A stretch of DNA of 64,000 bases from Dehalococcoidia bacterium (GTDB lineage: Bacteria > Chloroflexota > Dehalococcoidia > Lucifugimonadales > CAJWER01), in the NCBI GenBank assembly GCA_034420735.1, contig DAOULA010000058.1, forward strand, positions 13,154 to 77,153, read 5' to 3'. Shown one piece after another: positions 60,953 to 64,000 of this stretch. Within the stretch, counting starts at the first letter, position 1; each line of letters starts with the position of its first letter. The translations under genes were made by a program, and so were the position numbers. The notes below the pieces were generated by a model. That model saw nothing but the letters and a program-made list of their open reading frames with translations, did not search any database and was not told the DNA's origin.

Positions 60953-63873
60953 CTGCGGATCTCGCCCGGCATCTCGTACAGCGCCGGGGTCTTCCGGGTC
61001 GCGGGCGGCAGCGAGTCCAGGAATGCCTTGCCGTAGCGCCGCGAGACTGCCCTCCTGTCCAGGATGACGGCAACGCCCCGGTCCCTGCTCGTCCGTATGA
61101 GGCGACCGAATCCCTGCCTCAGCCGGAGTATCGCCTGCGGCACCGCGTACTCGTCGAAGGCCCGCTCGTACAGCTCCGACCGCGCCGAGAAGACAGGGTC
61201 GCTCGGCACGGAGAATGGCAGCCGCGCCACCAGCAGGACCTTCAGCGCGTCACCCGCCAGGTCGACGCCTTCCCAGAACGACGACGTACCCAGCAGCACC
61301 GACTTGGGGTTCTCCACGAATCGCCGCACTAGCTGGTATGGCGTCCCATCCACGCCCTGCGCCAGCACCTCCAGTCCCTGGGCCTCGAGGCTGCCCCTGA
61401 GGGCCTTGGACGTGCTCTGGAGCGATGCGTGGGACGTGAACAGGGCCATCGTCGCCCCGCCGGCTGCCAGGGCCGCGTCCATCACCGCCTGCTCGACCGC
61501 CGCCTGGTAGTCCCACGCCGTCGGCTCGGGCATGTCGTTCGGCACGCAAAGGAGCGCGGCGTTCGGGTAGTCGAAAGGCGAGCCCAGGCGGAGCTCCTCG
61601 GCATCGGCGAAACCCGTTCGCTCGACGATGTGACCGAACCCCTCCCTGGTGCTCAGGGTCGCCGACGTGAGCACAACGGCCCGGCGCTGCGAGTAGACCA
61701 GCTTCTCCAGCAGGTCGCCCACGTGGACCGGCGCCATGTTCATCTCCAGGTCGCTGGAGCGCGATGAGCGGCTCAGCCAGTAGATGCCGTTCTCCTCCGG
61801 GTGCGGTATCGCCTCGCGCAGCCTGCTCCTGATCTCCCGCGTCCTCTCGCGCAGGCCGAACGTCTCCATCACCAGCGCGTCGTAGTCCAGTATCCCCGCG
61901 TCTTCGAGCCCTTCCAGCGCCGTGAACAGGTCGGAGGTCGCCGAGTCAAGCCCCGCAAGGGCTTCGTCCGAGTCCTCCCACGCTATCTCCGCCTCCGACC
62001 ACGCGGGCTGGCCGCGCGTCGAAGACGTGATGCGAAGCTCCTGCCCGAACCTCGACTGCGCCCCGGACGCGGCCGGCAAGAGCCGCTGCAGGATGCCGAA
62101 CAGCTTGGCCATGCCCCCGCGGACCTGGGGCAGGGCCGCAATGACCCCTTGTGCCGCCTCGTCCAGGGAGTCGCGCCGGGTCTGCGCTGCTGACGAGCTC
62201 CTCAGCGCCAGCGTGGCCCTGTTGAGCAGGCCTCTCTCGCCCGCCAGCAGGTCGAGATGGTCCTCGAGCCCCGCCTGGCTGATCTGGAATCCCATGTGGT
62301 CGGTCGCCACGCCCTCCAGGTGCTGGGCCTCGTCCACGATCAGCACGTCGTGCTCAGGGATCGCTGCTCCGCCGGTCAGAATGTCCGTGACCAGTAGCGC
62401 ATGGTTGACGATGACCACGTGCGCCGCCGCGGCCTTGTCGCGGGCGTGGCGCAGGAAGCACACGCCGTTCACCCCGTTGCAGTCCAACGCGCCCTGCGCC
62501 GAGACGCGGTCCCACGGAGTCCAGCCCCCTCCCATCAGGTTCAGCTCGCTCCGGTCGCCCGTGCCCGTCGTCTGCATCCACACCAGCAGCTTGGACAGCA
62601 TGCGAGCCTCTTCGGCCGATACCGCATCGGACGACCGCAGGGACGACCATCGTTTCAGGCACAGGTAGTTGTTCCGCCCCTTCAGGAGGCTGTACCGAAA
62701 GTCGTCGACGGGCACGCCGTCGACCCCGCCCAGCGCATCGGCCACTGCTGGAACGTCCTTGCTCAGCAGCTGCTCCTGCAGGTTGATCGTGTTCGTGGAC
62801 ACCACGACCCGCACGTTGTTCCTAAGCGCGTACAGCGCAGCGGGGAGGAGGTAGGCCATAGACTTGCCGACGCCCGTTCCCGCCTCGACGATCAGCCGGC
62901 CGCCGTCGTTGATGGTGCGGGTGACGGCCTCCGCCATCGCAGCCTGTTCGGCCCGCTCCTCGTACCCGTCCATCGCCTGCGAGACCGGGCCGCCCCGGCT
63001 CAGCAGCGACCTGACCTGGTCGCCCTCGACCGGCTGCGGTACCTGGTTGGGGACCAGCGCCCGGTTGCGCTTGAGGCGCTCCCGCAGGGACGCAATGTCG
63101 ATGCCCGTGACGCTCGCCTGGGCGCGCCGGTCCGTGTCGGGCGTTGACGGCGGCCTTGCTTCGAGCATCCTGTGGGTCTCGAGGCGGCGCAGCAGGTACG
63201 CCAGCACCCACGACGACCGGGAGGCCAGGCGCTGCATCTCGGCCAGCGAATACTCGTCCAGCCGCCCGGCCTCCTCGACGAGCAGGGCAAAGACCCGGCT
63301 GGTGACCTCCGCGTCCCCCAGCGCCCTGTGGGGGCTGTCGTGCGAGATTCCCAGCGTCGCCGCTATCTTCTCCAGCGAGTACTCCCACGACGGCTTGAGC
63401 ACGTACGCCAGGTCCAGCGTGTCGGCCTTAGGCCCCGGAAGCCTGAAGCCCTTGGCGTCCAGGAACCCCAGGTCGAAGTCGAGGTTGTGTCCGACGACGG
63501 GCAGCCCGCCCACGAACGACTCCAGCCTGCCCGCAACCCTGGAGAACGGGGGCGCCGCGTCGACGTCCCCCTGGCTGATGCCCGTGTACCTCCTGATGAA
63601 GGCCCCGATCTCACGGTTCGGGTTCACCAGCGAATGGAAGGTGTCGAGGGTGTCCCGACCCCTGAACCTGACCGCCCCGATCTCGATGATCTCGTCGTCC
63701 TCGGCCGAGAGCCCGGTGGTCTCCAGGTCGAGCGCCACCCACTCCTCCTCCAGCGGGTGAGTCCCTGCCTCGAACATAGACGGAGGCTGCAGCGGTGCTC
63801 TGGGTGGCTCAGGTAGTGATGTCAATGCTGTGTGGGTGGCGAGGGCTCCGGCAATTGTATTCCGCCGCGCCAT
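60934..63873 (-). CDS. dinG: DinG-family ATP-dependent helicase fused to an N-terminal DnaQ-like 3'-5' exonuclease domain
   Basis: It has the Exo I motif VALDLETTGL, helicase motif I AGTGVGKS and the box VLIVDEAQHLE. The ATG is at 63873, and the track ORF starts at the TTG at 63882. Confidence 0.9.
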   Translation of the reverse strand: MARRNTIAGALATHTALTSLPEPPRAPLQPPSMFEAGTHPLEEEWVALDLETTGLSAEDDEIIEIGAVRFRGRDTLDTFHSLVNPNREIGAFIRRYTGISQGDVDAAPPFSRVAGRLESFVGGLPVVGHNLDFDLGFLDAKGFRLPGPKADTLDLAYVLKPSWEYSLEKIAATLGISHDSPHRALGDAEVTSRVFALLVEEAGRLDEYSLAEMQRLASRSSWVLAYLLRRLETHRMLEARPPSTPDTDRRAQASVTGIDIASLRERLKRNRALVPNQVPQPVEGDQVRSLLSRGGPVSQAMDGYEERAEQAAMAEAVTRTINDGGRLIVEAGTGVGKSMAYLLPAALYALRNNVRVVVSTNTINLQEQLLSKDVPAVADALGGVDGVPVDDFRYSLLKGRNNYLCLKRWSSLRSSDAVSAEEARMLSKLLVWMQTTGTGDRSELNLMGGGWTPWDRVSAQGALDCNGVNGVCFLRHARDKAAAAHVVIVNHALLVTDILTGGAAIPEHDVLIVDEAQHLEGVATDHMGFQISQAGLEDHLDLLAGERGLLNRATLALRSSSAAQTRRDSLDEAAQGVIAALPQVRGGMAKLFGILQRLLPAASGAQSRFGQELRITSSTRGQPAWSEAEIAWEDSDEALAGLDSATSDLFTALEGLEDAGILDYDALVMETFGLRERTREIRSRLREAIPHPEENGIYWLSRSSRSSDLEMNMAPVHVGDLLEKLVYSQRRAVVLTSATLSTREGFGHIVERTGFADAEELRLGSPFDYPNAALLCVPNDMPEPTAWDYQAAVEQAVMDAALAAGGATMALFTSHASLQSTSKALRGSLEAQGLEVLAQGVDGTPYQLVRRFVENPKSVLLGTSSFWEGVDLAGDALKVLLVARLPFSVPSDPVFSARSELYERAFDEYAVPQAILRLRQGFGRLIRTSRDRGVAVILDRRAVSRRYGKAFLDSLPPATRKTPALYEMPGEIRRWLQAP

Positions 63874-63878
63874 GCCGG

Positions 63879-64000
63879 TCAAACGGCTGTTCTAGCCATG
63901 AACGGCAGCAGCCACCCGAAATTCCCCGCGAAGACGACGATCAGCACTGCGGCGGCGGTGGGCATCCGGCGCAGGACCACGACGATTGGCGCGGCGACGC
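63879..64000 (-). CDS. C-terminal fragment of a hydrophobic (membrane) protein; gene enters from the right edge
   Basis: The reverse frame reads ...VAAPIVVVLRRMPTAAAVLIVVFAGNFGWLLPFMARTAV and ends at TGA (63881-63879). The third codon position is G+C rich. No family could be assigned. Confidence 0.4.
   Translation of the reverse strand, partial: VAAPIVVVLRRMPTAAAVLIVVFAGNFGWLLPFMARTAV

Overview
High-GC bacterial chromosomal segment; hand counts of two 60-nt samples give 73% G+C in a housekeeping gene and 50-52% in one islet. It is densely packed with housekeeping genes. The right half (37.0-57.9 kb, + strand) is a complete str/S10/spc/alpha ribosomal-protein superoperon: rpsL-rpsG-fusA-rpsJ...rplO-secY-adk-map-infA-rpmJ-rpsM-rpsK-rpsD-rpoA-rplQ-truA-rplM-rpsI. 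It sits behind a perfect consensus sigma70-type promoter and has no tuf between fusA and rpsJ. The left half carries mfd, polA, a long minus-strand methyl-cycle operon (mtnP-rhodanese-adenosine kinase-ahcY-metK-phosphohexomutase), a lactate-permease/PFK operon, htrA, HU, a GH15 hydrolase, and a sortase/TlpA/cytochrome c cluster. No rRNA, tRNA, CRISPR array, transposase or integrase was seen by eye. Eight things stand out. (1) A low-GC two-gene islet encodes an HTH-ImmA/IrrE peptidase plus a DUF4411 PIN-like protein between a COG4091 oxidoreductase and polA. (2) An orphan DNA methyltransferase has its stop codon directly abutting the polA ATG. (3) That methyltransferase is preceded by a 646-nt ORF-free, structured spacer that contains a 14-bp perfect long-range inverted repeat and an outward-facing promoter-like site. 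(4) Three tandem MBL-fold hydrolase paralogs sit in an exact 900-bp register and are coupled to hpt. (5) Translation and transcription proteins carry low-complexity extensions: about 220 acidic aa on S17, about 58 basic aa on L5, and tails on RpoA, IF-1 and L13. (6) Three families of short dispersed REP-like repeats occur, two copies of which bracket a lone higA. (7) There are lone TA components: a brnT fragment, higA and hicB. (8) The predicted membrane anchor of TlpA lies upstream of any canonical start codon. Many long ORFs in the supplied track are antisense or off-frame shadow ORFs typical of high-GC DNA and were rejected. All functional calls come from reading motifs by eye, with no database search.
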